64,000 nt of DNA from Candidatus Eiseniibacteriota bacterium. GTDB taxonomy: Bacteria; Eisenbacteria; RBG-16-71-46. The stretch covers positions 608,001-672,000 of the forward strand of contig CAVSAC010000012.1 in assembly GCA_963725865.1 (NCBI GenBank), written 5' to 3'. Both the position numbers and the translations under genes were made by a program. A model generated the notes under the pieces. That model was not told where the DNA came from and did no database searches. It saw nothing but the letters and a program-made list of their open reading frames with translations. Each line of letters begins with the position of its first letter. Within the stretch, counting starts at the first letter, position 1. Shown here piece by piece: positions 19,967 through 30,918 of this stretch.

Positions 19967-20707
19967 GTGAAACCCCACGAACCCCAGGTCGCGCTGTACG
20001 CGTTCATGCCCTACGGAGCGCCCGAGCTGCTCGAATCGCAGCGCGCGCACATGAGCCGCGCGCTGTTCGCCGGCACGCTCCTTGTCACCGCCTCGATGCT
20101 CGTGGTCTGCCTGGTCGGTTCGCGGCTGCACACGTCCGCCGCGCCCGACCGGTTCACCACCACGGTCAACCTCACCGACGTCCTGTTCGAGCCGCCGCCC
20201 ACGATGACGCACTTCGAGATCCCGAGCGTGCCGATCGCGCCGCCCGTGGCCGTGCCGAGCGGAGGCGACGTCCTGCCGGTGCGGGACGACCTCGCGAATC
20301 CCGCGGCGACGGTCAAGTCGCAGCCCGCGCTGGTCGAGGAACACCCCGGCACGACCGCGGGGGAGCCGGGTCCGCGCGTCGCGATCACTCCGATTCCCGA
20401 GGAGACGATGCCCGCGCCCGACGACGTGCCGTTCGTCGACGAGTTGCCATCGGTGGCGCAGCGCGTGCTGCCCGTCTATCCCGAGCTGGCCCGTGACGCC
20501 GGCGTCGAAGGCACGGTGCTGGTGCAGGCGCTGGTCGGCAAGGACGGCCGCGTGAAGGATGTGCGCGTCCAGCCCGGCCACTCGATCCCGCTGCTCGACG
20601 ACGCCGCGCTCGACGCGGTGAAGCGCTGGGTGTTCACGCCCGCGCTCCAGAACGGCCACCCGGTGCCGGTGTGGGTGCGGGTGCCGGTGATCTTCCGACT
20701 GCACTGA
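19967..20707 (+). CDS. tonB: Energy transducer TonB family protein
   Basis: SD AGGAGG, GTG start; TM, Pro-rich linker, PVYPELARDAGVEGTV, WVFTPA. Confidence 0.92.
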   Translation: MKPHEPQVALYAFMPYGAPELLESQRAHMSRALFAGTLLVTASMLVVCLVGSRLHTSAAPDRFTTTVNLTDVLFEPPPTMTHFEIPSVPIAPPVAVPSGGDVLPVRDDLANPAATVKSQPALVEEHPGTTAGEPGPRVAITPIPEETMPAPDDVPFVDELPSVAQRVLPVYPELARDAGVEGTVLVQALVGKDGRVKDVRVQPGHSIPLLDDAALDAVKRWVFTPALQNGHPVPVWVRVPVIFRLH

Positions 20708-20728
20708 GCGCGATCCGTCCGGGACGCG

Positions 20729-20763
20729 CGAGGCCCCGCGGGCGCGCCGCGGGCGGGGCCTCG
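20729..20763. terminator. Hairpin between convergent tonB and leuB-like genes
   Basis: 11-bp stem CGAGGCCCCGC/GCGGGGCCTCG. Confidence 0.55.
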
Positions 20764-20779
20764 ATGCGCGTGGCGGCGA

Positions 20780-21853
20780 CTAAGCCGGCACCCCGGCGCG
20801 GTCGAGCTCGGCCAGCACCAGGTCGCCGACCTGCGTGGTGCCCATCCCGGAGTCGGTGCCGAGCGCGGGCAGGCGCTTCGACGACAGCAGCCCCGCCACT
20901 GCGGCCTCGATGCGGGCCGCTCCGCGCGCCTCACCGAGGTAGTCGAGCATCATCTGCACCGCCATGATCGTGGCGATCGGATTCGCGACGTTCTGCCCGG
21001 CGTGCTTGGGCGCGGAGCCGTGAATGGGCTCGAACAGGCTGACCTGCCCCGGGTGGATGTTGCCGCTCGCCGCCACGCCGAGCCCGCCCTGGATCATCGC
21101 CGCGAGGTCGGTGAAGATGTCGCCGAACATGTTGCTGGTCACCACCGTGTCGAACCACTCGGGGTTCTTCACCACGTACATGCAGGCGGCGTCGATGTAG
21201 TTGTGCTCGCGCGTGACGTCCGGGTACTCGGCGCCGACCTCGGCGAACGTGCGGGTCCAGAGGTCCATCGCGCGGACGGCGTTCGCCTTGTCGACCAGCG
21301 TGAGCTTCTTCGCGCGGCCGCGCGCGCGGCACAGCTCGAACGCGTAGCGGATCACGCGCTCCACGCCCTTGCGCGTGAAGATGATCTCCTGGGTGGCCAC
21401 CTCGTCGGGCGTGCCCTTCTTGAAGAAGCCGCGCATGCCGGCGTAGGCGTCCTCGGTGTTCTCTCGCACCACCACGAAGTCCACGTGCTCGGGGCGCTTG
21501 TCCTTGAGCGGGCACAGGTGCTCCGCGTACAGCTTCACCGGCCGCAGGTTCACGAACAGATCGAGCTCGAAGCGCAGCTTCGCGATGATGCCGAATTCGA
21601 GCAGCCCGACCTCGATGCGCGGATCGCCGATCGCCCCCAGCAGGATCGCGCGCTGGCGCTTCACCTCGCTGAACGCCGAGTCGGGGAAGATCTCCTTCGT
21701 CTTCAGGTAGTGCTCGGCGCCGAACGGATAGCGCGTCGGCCGCACCGCGAAGCCCTCGATCGCGGCCACCCGCTCGAGGACGCGCAGGCCCTCGCGCACC
21801 ACCTCGGGACCGATGCCGTCGCCCGGGATCACGGCGATGTCGTACGAGCGCAT
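20780..21853 (-). CDS. leuB: 3-isopropylmalate dehydrogenase / beta-decarboxylating dehydrogenase
   Basis: [40 protein letters not shown]; substrate not certain. Confidence 0.8.
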   Translation of the reverse strand: MRSYDIAVIPGDGIGPEVVREGLRVLERVAAIEGFAVRPTRYPFGAEHYLKTKEIFPDSAFSEVKRQRAILLGAIGDPRIEVGLLEFGIIAKLRFELDLFVNLRPVKLYAEHLCPLKDKRPEHVDFVVVRENTEDAYAGMRGFFKKGTPDEVATQEIIFTRKGVERVIRYAFELCRARGRAKKLTLVDKANAVRAMDLWTRTFAEVGAEYPDVTREHNYIDAACMYVVKNPEWFDTVVTSNMFGDIFTDLAAMIQGGLGVAASGNIHPGQVSLFEPIHGSAPKHAGQNVANPIATIMAVQMMLDYLGEARGAARIEAAVAGLLSSKRLPALGTDSGMGTTQVGDLVLAELDRAGVPA

Positions 21854-21885
21854 CTCGGCTCCTTTCGCGCGGCGCGCGCCGCGGG

Positions 21886-23148
21886 TCACTGCTCCAGACG
21901 GTAGGGGATGACGACCCACGAACGCCGCGGGACGCCCGACTTGATCGCCGGCGCGAAGCGCCACTCCGGCAGCGAGCCCACCAGCGCGGCCACCGCCGGC
22001 GCCGGGATCCGCTCCTCGGTGAGCCACGGCAGTGCGTGCGCCACCGCTCGCCCCTGGGCGTCGACCAGCACCGGCAGGTACATCTCGAAGCGCTTCATGC
22101 GCACCATCCAGGTGCTGTCGAGCGGCACGCGCGCGGGCGCGATCAGCCGCGCCGGGGTGTCGAACTGCACGAACTCCTCGAGCTTCGGCCCCGCGCTGGA
22201 GGTGAGCAGCGCGACCTCGCGCGCGCCGCGCAGGAACGACGAGGGCAGCGAGTCCGGCCGGCTCCCGGGCAGCAGCACGCGCATCATCGCGAGCGCCGGC
22301 CGCCGCTCGGTCGAGTCGAGCGCCACCGCGGCGCGGAAATGCTCCTGGGCCTCGGCGCGCCGTCCCGCGCGCCAGGCCACGATCCCCGCGACGTAACGGG
22401 CCTCGGGCAGCGACGGATCGAGCATCGCCGCGCGCTCGGCCGCCAGCGTGGCCGTCGCGTCGTCGCCGCCCTTGCCGGCGGCGAGCGCCAGCGCGAGCCA
22501 GTCCGCGCCGGCCAGCGGGCGGGCGCCCACGCACGCGGCGGCCGCGCGCCGCGCCTCGCTCCAGCGCCGCTGGGCGAACGCCACCTCGAAGCGCGCGCGG
22601 GCCACGTACCAGCTCCATCCGTCGAAGCTGCCGTTGCCCCACTGCTCCTCGCGGATCCACGGCATGAAGTGTCGGCGCGTCACCGGCAGGGTGTCGGCGA
22701 GCGCGCGGTCCAACCGCGGCGTCCACAGCAGGGCCGCCGCGGAGTCGAGCCGCCCGCAGCGGGCCTCGTCGAGCGCCAGCGTGAGCTCGAGGTCGGCGTC
22801 CGGCGCCAGTCCGCGGCGCGCGCTGCGCAGCAACTCGCACGCGCGCTGGTAAAGCCCGCTCTCCTCCGACAGCCGCGCCTGCTTGGCCTGCTCGAGCGCG
22901 GCGGTGCGCGCGAGCGCCGGCGCCGCCGGCCGCCGTGCCGGGGCGCCGGCGCTCGGGGCGGCGCGCTTCGCCGCCACCGGCAGGCGCGCGGGTGCCGCGG
23001 TCGTGCTCGGCGTTCCACTCTTCGGCGTCGCCGCCGCGCGGGACGGCGGGGCGGGTGCCGCCGCGCACAGGGTGGCGGCCAGGAGCGCCAGCGGGATCGC
23101 ACCGGCGAGCCGGCGCCGGGACCGTGGGGTGAGCCGGTAGGGGACCAT
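21886..23148 (-). CDS. Exported TPR-like protein with C-terminal TonB_C-like domain
   Basis: Signal peptide; A/P linker; TPR-like LDPSLPEARY..G..A...F.AAVALD; C-terminal VLVDAQG...WRFAPA...G.P...WVVIPY. Confidence 0.7.
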   Translation of the reverse strand: MVPYRLTPRSRRRLAGAIPLALLAATLCAAAPAPPSRAAATPKSGTPSTTAAPARLPVAAKRAAPSAGAPARRPAAPALARTAALEQAKQARLSEESGLYQRACELLRSARRGLAPDADLELTLALDEARCGRLDSAAALLWTPRLDRALADTLPVTRRHFMPWIREEQWGNGSFDGWSWYVARARFEVAFAQRRWSEARRAAAACVGARPLAGADWLALALAAGKGGDDATATLAAERAAMLDPSLPEARYVAGIVAWRAGRRAEAQEHFRAAVALDSTERRPALAMMRVLLPGSRPDSLPSSFLRGAREVALLTSSAGPKLEEFVQFDTPARLIAPARVPLDSTWMVRMKRFEMYLPVLVDAQGRAVAHALPWLTEERIPAPAVAALVGSLPEWRFAPAIKSGVPRRSWVVIPYRLEQ

Positions 23149-23357
23149 GTGGAGGCTGAGGTTTAGCCGAACCGCCGCGCAGCGACAAGTGATTCACCAC
23201 CGGGCGGCGCCCGCGAGCCTTGGAATCCGGCCTTGGGGCCCGCCCGGCGGGGGGCACGGAACTTGAATGTCGGTCCGCGGACCACCCCTCCGGCCCCGGC
23301 CGGCGCTCCCGCCCGTGCATCCCGCATGGGCGGACCGGTCCGCGCGGAGCACGCTGC

Positions 23358-25283
23358 ATGTCCCGTCTCGTCCTCACCGGCCTCGCCCTGCTGCTGCTGG
23401 CGGGCCCGGCCGCGGCCCAGAACGCCTCCACGCCCGGCACGCTCGAGCTGTACCCGACGCTCGAGGCGGTCGGGGTGCGGCTGGCGTACGCGGGGGATGC
23501 CGACGGCGACGCCACCGCGCGGCTGGAGTGGCGCGCGCTCGGCGCCCCGGCCTGGACCGCCGGCATGGCGATGACGCGCATCGGCGGCCCGCGCTGGGCG
23601 GCGAGCGTGCTGTGGCTCTCGCCCGACACCGACTACGAGGTGCGCGCGACCATCGACGATCCCGACGGTGGCGGCAGCGCGGCCGGCACCGTGCGGACGC
23701 GACCCGTGCCCCAGCGCCTGGTGACGGGGCGCACGTGGTGGGTCGCGGTCGCCGGCAGCGACAGCGCGGCCGGCACGTCGGGCGCCCCGCTGCGCACGCT
23801 CCAGCACGCCGCCGATCTGGCGCAGCCGGGCGACGAGATCCGCGTGCGGCCCGGGCTCTACCTGCAGACGCTCGACACCCCGCGCTCGGGGACTGCGAGC
23901 GCCCCGATCTCGCTGATCGCCGACGCGCCCGGCGTGATCCTCGACGGCGCCGATCCCGCCTACCTGTCGCGTGGCGACTGGCGCGACGACGGCGGCGGCA
24001 TCTTCAGCGTGACCTACGCCGCGACCGCGCGGCTGGTGTGCGCGGACAGCCTGATGCGGCTCTACCACCAGGCCAGCCTCGCCGCGCTGCAGACCGACGC
24101 CAACGCCGTGACCCAGGGCTTCGCGGTCGAGGGCGGCCGGCTGTACGTGAAGCTCGAGGACCGCAGCAGCCCGAACGGCCATCGCATGTACGTCGCACGC
24201 TCGAACGTCGGGATCATGGTCGACCAGGCGTGGTGGTGGATCGAGGGCCTCGAGATCCGCCACTTCGGCACCGGCAGCGGCGGCGCCGGCATCCGGCTGG
24301 CGGGTGCGGCGCACGCGGTGGTAACCGGCAACCACATCCACACGCTCGGCGGGCGAGGGATCTTCCTCAACGCGCTCGCGAGCGACTGCCTGGTCGAGCG
24401 CAACCTGTGCCGCGACCCGCGCATCGGCGGCTGGCCGTGGGCCGCGACCAAGGGGCACGAGGAGGAGATCCAGGGCATCTCGCAGCGCGGCGGCCGCGGC
24501 GTGGTGATCCGCTCCAACACCGTGGACGGCATCTTCGACGGCATCGACGCCGGCGACGGCACGCTCGACGAGAACGTCGCGGCCGACACCGACATTCACG
24601 GCAACACCATCACCGGCGTGGCCGACGACGCGCTCGAGACCGACCTGGTGGCGGGCATCAACCTGCGCGTGTGGGGCAACCGGGTCGACCGCGTCTACAG
24701 CGGCATGTCGATCGCGCCGATCTCGAGCGGGCCCGAGTACGTGCTCTACAACACCATCACGCGCACCCAGCGCGGCGGCTTCAAGTTCTCGCTCAGCGGC
24801 ACCGGCCACGCGTGGATCGCGCACAACACCGTGACCAGCGACGTCGCGGGTGCCCCCGCGGTGCACCCGAGCGGGCCGTACTCGAACATCCACTTCCGGA
24901 ACAACATCCTGGTCGGCTCCGGCTCCGCCGCGGTGAGCGACGACGCGGGCGAGAGCGCCACCGGGAACGACTTCGACTACGACCTGCTGTACACCACGTA
25001 TCCCGCGCTGTTCCGCTGGAAGGGCGTGAACTACTCGACGATCGCCGCACTGCGCACCGCGACGGGCTTCGAACTGGGCGGCCGCAGCGGCGATCCGCTG
25101 TTCGTCGCGGCGGGCGCCGGCGACTACTCGCTGCAGGCGGGAAGCCCCGCGGTGGACGGGGCGCTGCGCCTGCCGGGGATCAACGACCGCTTCTTCGGCG
25201 CCGCGCCCGACATGGGCGCGTGGGAGCGCGCGGCCAGCGGACCGGATGCCATCCGCCCGGCGCCGGTCACCGACCTGCAGTAG
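23358..25283 (+). CDS. Secreted right-handed parallel beta-helix (pectin-lyase-like) protein
   Basis: Signal peptide; FN3-like N-domain (LSPDTDYEVR); GSDSAAGT..APLRTLQ.A..PGD; Asn ladders; SPAVDG..APDMGAWE. Confidence 0.85.
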   Translation: MSRLVLTGLALLLLAGPAAAQNASTPGTLELYPTLEAVGVRLAYAGDADGDATARLEWRALGAPAWTAGMAMTRIGGPRWAASVLWLSPDTDYEVRATIDDPDGGGSAAGTVRTRPVPQRLVTGRTWWVAVAGSDSAAGTSGAPLRTLQHAADLAQPGDEIRVRPGLYLQTLDTPRSGTASAPISLIADAPGVILDGADPAYLSRGDWRDDGGGIFSVTYAATARLVCADSLMRLYHQASLAALQTDANAVTQGFAVEGGRLYVKLEDRSSPNGHRMYVARSNVGIMVDQAWWWIEGLEIRHFGTGSGGAGIRLAGAAHAVVTGNHIHTLGGRGIFLNALASDCLVERNLCRDPRIGGWPWAATKGHEEEIQGISQRGGRGVVIRSNTVDGIFDGIDAGDGTLDENVAADTDIHGNTITGVADDALETDLVAGINLRVWGNRVDRVYSGMSIAPISSGPEYVLYNTITRTQRGGFKFSLSGTGHAWIAHNTVTSDVAGAPAVHPSGPYSNIHFRNNILVGSGSAAVSDDAGESATGNDFDYDLLYTTYPALFRWKGVNYSTIAALRTATGFELGGRSGDPLFVAAGAGDYSLQAGSPAVDGALRLPGINDRFFGAAPDMGAWERAASGPDAIRPAPVTDLQ

Positions 25284-25304
25284 CGCGGCGGACGCGAGCC
25301 GCCG

Positions 25305-26531
25305 CTACGCCCGCTCCAGCAGCACCGCGATGCCCTGGCCGCCGCCGATGCACGCGGAGGCGACGCCGTAGCGCTTGCGGCGCTTGCCGAGCTCGATCAG
25401 CAGCGTGTGGATCAGGCGCGTGCCGGTGGCGCCCAGCGGGTGGCCGAGGCCGATCGCGCCACCGTTGACATTGACCTTCTCGCGGTCGAGGCCCAGCTCC
25501 TTTTCGACCGCCAGGAACTGCCCGGCGAACGCCTCGTTGATCTCGAACAGATCGATCGCCTCGAGCGCCAGCCCGGTCTTCGCGAGCAGCTTGCGGATCG
25601 CGGGCGCGGGTCCGAAGCCCATGGTGGCAGGGTCGACGCCCACGTACGACCACGCGCGTACCACGCCCATCGGCGTGCGGCCTTCGTTCTGGGCGTTCGC
25701 GGCGGTGGTCACCACCACGGCGGCCGCGCCGTCCACCACGCCCGAGGCGTTGCCGGCCGTCACCATGGACTCGGGGCCGAACGCGGTGGGCAGCGCGGCC
25801 AGCTTCTCCAGCGAGGTGCCGGGGAACAGGTGGTCGTCCTTGTCGACCATCGCGCTCTTCTTGCCCTGCTTGACCTCGACCGCCACCACCTCCTCGGCGA
25901 ACCGGCCGTTGTGGTTCGCGGCGTTCGCGCGCTCGTGCGAGCGGAGCGCGAACTCGTCCTGCTGCTCGCGCGTGATGCCGTACTTCCGCGCCAGGTTGTC
26001 GCTGGTCTGCGCCATGAAGCAGCCGCAGTAGCTGTCCTTGAGCGCCACGAACAGCGAGTCCTCGAGCATCGCGCCGGGCCCCAGCCGCAGGCCGCCGCGC
26101 GCGCCGCGCAGCACGTGGGGCGCCTGGCTCATGTTCTCCATGCCGCCGGCGAGCACCCACTGCGCCTCGCCCAGCATGAGCATCTGCGCCGCGCTGATCA
26201 CCGACTGCAGGCCGGAGCCGCACAGGCGGTTCACGGTCAGCGCGGGGACCGCCTCGTCGAGGCCGGCCTTGAGCGCCACGTGGCGCGCGCCGTAGATCGC
26301 GTCGCCCGAGGTCTGGAGCGCGTTGCCGAACACCACGTGGTCGAAGCGCTCGGCGGGCACCTCGGAACGCGCGATCGCGGCGCGCGCCGCGACGGCGCCC
26401 AGGTCGATCGCCGAGACCGCGGCGAGCGCGCCGCCGTTGAGGCCGTCGCCGCGCTTGCCGCCGATCCACTCGGCCATCGGGGTGCGCGCGCCGGCGAGGA
26501 TGACGATGTCGGGGAGTCCGCTGGTGGGCAC
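25305..26531 (-). CDS. Acetyl-CoA C-acyltransferase (thiolase)
   Basis: [35 protein letters not shown] start with SD AAGGAG. Confidence 0.96.
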   Translation of the reverse strand: MPTSGLPDIVILAGARTPMAEWIGGKRGDGLNGGALAAVSAIDLGAVAARAAIARSEVPAERFDHVVFGNALQTSGDAIYGARHVALKAGLDEAVPALTVNRLCGSGLQSVISAAQMLMLGEAQWVLAGGMENMSQAPHVLRGARGGLRLGPGAMLEDSLFVALKDSYCGCFMAQTSDNLARKYGITREQQDEFALRSHERANAANHNGRFAEEVVAVEVKQGKKSAMVDKDDHLFPGTSLEKLAALPTAFGPESMVTAGNASGVVDGAAAVVVTTAANAQNEGRTPMGVVRAWSYVGVDPATMGFGPAPAIRKLLAKTGLALEAIDLFEINEAFAGQFLAVEKELGLDREKVNVNGGAIGLGHPLGATGTRLIHTLLIELGKRRKRYGVASACIGGGQGIAVLLERA

Positions 26532-26725
26532 GAGGTCGCTCCTTGGGGTCGTGGGGACGCTGCACACGGGAATGGCGCGGCAGCCTATCAGAGCGTCCGG
26601 TCGGGTCAAGACCGGCGCCGTTCCGCTCAGGCGGCGCCCGCGCGGCGGGCCGCGGCCGCCCGCGCGCCGCGCCGTGGCCGCCGGCCCGCGCGCCGAGCCG
26701 GCGGGCGTGGTACAGTGCCCGCCCC

Positions 26726-27145
26726 ATGACGTCCCGCACCGAGTATCTGACGATGGAGGTGCCGGCGCGCCGCGGCTTCGTGAACATCACCCCGGAGGTC
26801 GAGCGGGTGGTGCGCGCCAGCGGAGTGCGGGAGGGGCTGGTGCTGGTGAACGCCATGCACATCACGGCGAGCGTGTTCATCAACGACGACGAGTCGGGCC
26901 TGCACCACGACTACGAACAGTGGCTCGAGCGGCTGGCGCCGCACGCGCCGACAGCGCAGTACCGCCACAACGACACCGGCGAGGACAACGCCGACGCGCA
27001 CCTCAAGCGCCAGGTGATGGGGCGCGAGGTGGTGGTGGCGATCACGAACGGACGGCTCGACTTCGGCACGTGGGAACGGATCTTCTACGGCGAGTTCGAC
27101 GGCCGTCGCAGGAAACGCGTACTCGTCAAGGTCATCGGGGAGTAG
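26726..27145 (+). CDS. yjbQ: YjbQ (UPF0047) family protein
   Basis: [21 protein letters not shown]. Confidence 0.95.
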   Translation: MTSRTEYLTMEVPARRGFVNITPEVERVVRASGVREGLVLVNAMHITASVFINDDESGLHHDYEQWLERLAPHAPTAQYRHNDTGEDNADAHLKRQVMGREVVVAITNGRLDFGTWERIFYGEFDGRRRKRVLVKVIGE

Positions 27146-27221
27146 CGCCGAGGCGCTCCCCACCATCGTTCCCGACGCGCGCGGCGCGTCCCGTTGAACT
27201 CCGACGCGAGGTCCATACGAC

Positions 27222-28367
<1,146 letters not shown>

Positions 28368-28404
28368 GCGCCCCCCACTCGACGCCGCGCGCGGGCCGGT
28401 CGCG

Positions 28405-28908
28405 ATGACCGGCCCGCCGCGCATCCGCCCCGCGCGCCGCGACGACCTCGCCGCGCTCTGGGGACTGGTGAACGAGCTCGCTGTCTACGAGCGGCTCGAG
28501 GAGCGGGTCACCGGCGACGCCGCGACGCTCGGCCGCCACCTGTTCGACGACTCGCCGCTGGTGCGGGCGCTGGTCGCCGAGGCCGACGCTGCGCTGGTGG
28601 GCTACGCGCTGGTGTTCACCACCTACTCGAGCTTCCGCACCGCGCCCATGATGTGGCTCGAGGACCTGTTCGTGCGCCCGTCCCAGCGCGGCCACGGCAC
28701 CGGCCGCGCGCTGCTCGCGGCGGTCGCGCGCGAGGCACACCGCCTCGGGTGCTTCCGCCTGTCGTGGGCGGTGCTGGAGTGGAACGAACCCGCGATCGGC
28801 TTCTACGAGCGGCTGGGCGCCGAGCGAGATGGAGGCGGCTGGCACCAGTACGATCTGCAGGGCGAGCCGCTCGTGCGGCTGGCCGCCGAGGCGGACGCGG
28901 GCGGCTGA
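28405..28908 (+). CDS. GNAT N-acetyltransferase, SSAT-like
   Basis: ELAVYE, LEDLFV, QRGHGTG, VLEWNEPAIGFY. Confidence 0.92.
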   Translation: MTGPPRIRPARRDDLAALWGLVNELAVYERLEERVTGDAATLGRHLFDDSPLVRALVAEADAALVGYALVFTTYSSFRTAPMMWLEDLFVRPSQRGHGTGRALLAAVAREAHRLGCFRLSWAVLEWNEPAIGFYERLGAERDGGGWHQYDLQGEPLVRLAAEADAGG

Positions 28909-28948
28909 CGCGGGCCGCCGCGCCGACGCACCGACCGCCGCGGCCGGG

Positions 28949-29488
28949 CTAGCGCTTCCGCGCCGCGCGCCGTCGATCCGGCAGCGCGCGCAGGCGCCGC
29001 GCCAGTCCACCGGGCAGCGGCTCCGCCAGCAGGCGCGCCCGCATCGTCGGATCGGCGCCGGTGCGCGCGAGGTGCGCGAACACGTGCTCCGCGCGCGCCG
29101 GGCGCTCGAGCAGCGCGTAGGCGACCGCCCAGGCCTCGAGACTGCCGAGCGGCACGCCGCGACGCCGCGCGGCGACCACGGTTGGGATGCGCACCACGCC
29201 GCGCCGGGTCGCGAACGCGAAGCGCACGATCACCTCGACGCGGCCGCCCGCCGTCACCACCTTGTGGTCGGCGTGGCAGCCGGAATTGCCGTGCAGCACC
29301 AGGTCGCGGCCGCCGAGCGCGCGCAGCACGGCGACCGGGCTCGCGTCGGTGTTGAGGTCCCAATCGTGCACCGCGTCCGCCAACCCGTGGGCGGCGAGCA
29401 GGCCGCTGCCGCCGAGCGCGCACGTCAGCCCGGCGCGCTCGAGTGCTCCGACCACGTCGACCACCAGCGCGCGCGGCGGCGACGTCAT
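28949..29488 (-). CDS. Putative Pol-beta-superfamily nucleotidyltransferase
   Basis: ALGGSGLL followed by HDWDL (GS + DxD signature); ATGA overlap with upstream gene. Confidence 0.65.
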   Translation of the reverse strand: MTSPPRALVVDVVGALERAGLTCALGGSGLLAAHGLADAVHDWDLNTDASPVAVLRALGGRDLVLHGNSGCHADHKVVTAGGRVEVIVRFAFATRRGVVRIPTVVAARRRGVPLGSLEAWAVAYALLERPARAEHVFAHLARTGADPTMRARLLAEPLPGGLARRLRALPDRRRAARKR

Positions 29489-30000
29489 GCCGGCTCCGCC
29501 GCGATCCGCACCGCCTCGGCGGCACCCACCGCCAGCGTCTCGTGGAGCGTGCCCACGAGCTCGGCCAGCGCCGGCGGCGGATCGCCGTCCACCAGGTGGC
29601 GCGCCGCGGCCTCGCCGAGCCGCAGGCCGAGCGCCGCGGCCCCCGCCGCCTCGCTGGCCTGCCCGATCGCGCCATACTCGGCGTAGCGCGCCGCGACGCG
29701 GGCGCGCCGCGCCTCGAACGGCTCGAGCGCGGCGGTGTCGAGCATCCAGTGCTCGAGCACGCGTTCGTGCAGGGCGTCGATCGCGTGCGAGGTCTCGCGG
29801 TTGAATCCGCCGGCGGCGATCAGCCCGCGCACGCAGGCGTAGAGCGCGAAGCACTCCCACTCGCGGCACTGGCGCGCGCGCGAGGTGGCGTCGGCCGCGG
29901 CCAGCACGTCCGACTCGAGCAGGTCGTCCCACAGCCGCGGCGCCACCGCGAGCCAGAACGCGGCGAGCGCCTGCCCGCGGCGCGCCGGCTCGGCGATCAT
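29485..30000 (-). CDS. Hypothetical alpha-helical protein
   Basis: ATGA overlaps with proC and with the downstream gene; normal residue composition; no motif recognised. Confidence 0.7.
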   Translation of the reverse strand: MIAEPARRGQALAAFWLAVAPRLWDDLLESDVLAAADATSRARQCREWECFALYACVRGLIAAGGFNRETSHAIDALHERVLEHWMLDTAALEPFEARRARVAARYAEYGAIGQASEAAGAAALGLRLGEAAARHLVDGDPPPALAELVGTLHETLAVGAAEAVRIAAEPA

Positions 30001-30830
30001 CGCGGCTCCACGCCCTCGAGTTCGCGCGCGCGGGCGGCCGCGCGCTGGGTGGCGCGCACCACCGCCTTGATCAGCGTCACGCGCAGTCCGCCGTCCTCCA
30101 GCTCGAGGATCCCGTCGATGGTGGTGCCGCCCGGCGTGGTGACCTCGTCCTTGAGCTTGGCGGGGTGCTCGCCGGTCTCGATCACCATCGCGCCCGAGCC
30201 CATCACCGTCTGCGCCGCCAGCTCGGTGGCGATCGAACGCGGCAGTCCCACCTTCACGCCCGCCTCGGCGAGCGACTCGATGATGATGAAGATGAACGCG
30301 GGCCCGCTGGCGGACAGTCCGGTGACCGCGTCCATGTGCTGCTCGTCGAGCACCACCGTGCGCCCCACCGCCTCGAACACCGCCCGCGCCTGCGCGACGT
30401 GCGCGGCGGTCGCGTGCCGTCCGGCGCACAGCGCGGTCATGCCCTTGCGCAGGACCGCCGGCGTGTTCGGCATCGCGCGCACCACCGGCACCGGCGTGCC
30501 CAGGCGCTGCTCGATGTACGCCGTGCTCGCCGACGCCGCGGCCGAGACCAGCAGCTGGTGGGCACCCAGCACCGGCGCGATCTCGCGCACCACGCCGTCC
30601 ACCTGGTGCGGCTTGACGCACAGCAGGACCAGCTCGGCGTCCTTCACGGCGGCGGCGTTGGTCGGCGCGCCGCGCACGCCGAGTCGCTGCTCCAGGTCGG
30701 CGACCCGCGCGGGATGCGCGGCGGTGACGGTGACCGACGCGGGCGCGACCTGGCCGGCGGCGATCAGGCCGCGCACCAGGGTCTCGCCCAGCTTGCCCGC
30801 GCCGAGCACGGCGATGCGGGATGTGCTCAT
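29997..30830 (-). CDS. proC: Pyrroline-5-carboxylate reductase
   Basis: GAGKLG, VKP, RAMPNTP, SASGPA, TPGGTT. Confidence 0.97.
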   Translation of the reverse strand: MSTSRIAVLGAGKLGETLVRGLIAAGQVAPASVTVTAAHPARVADLEQRLGVRGAPTNAAAVKDAELVLLCVKPHQVDGVVREIAPVLGAHQLLVSAAASASTAYIEQRLGTPVPVVRAMPNTPAVLRKGMTALCAGRHATAAHVAQARAVFEAVGRTVVLDEQHMDAVTGLSASGPAFIFIIIESLAEAGVKVGLPRSIATELAAQTVMGSGAMVIETGEHPAKLKDEVTTPGGTTIDGILELEDGGLRVTLIKAVVRATQRAAARARELEGVEPR

Positions 30831-30918
30831 CTCGTCCTCCTCGGATGCCCGATCACGACGCGAAGGCCGGGGCGGCGCTGCGCCACCCCGGCCCCGGCGC
30901 GGCCGCGACGGCGGCCGC

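Noticed and set aside
23252..23266. Sigma54-like GGCACGGAACTTGA upstream of the beta-helix gene
   Set aside because: -12 dinucleotide is GA rather than GC; possible but not supportable
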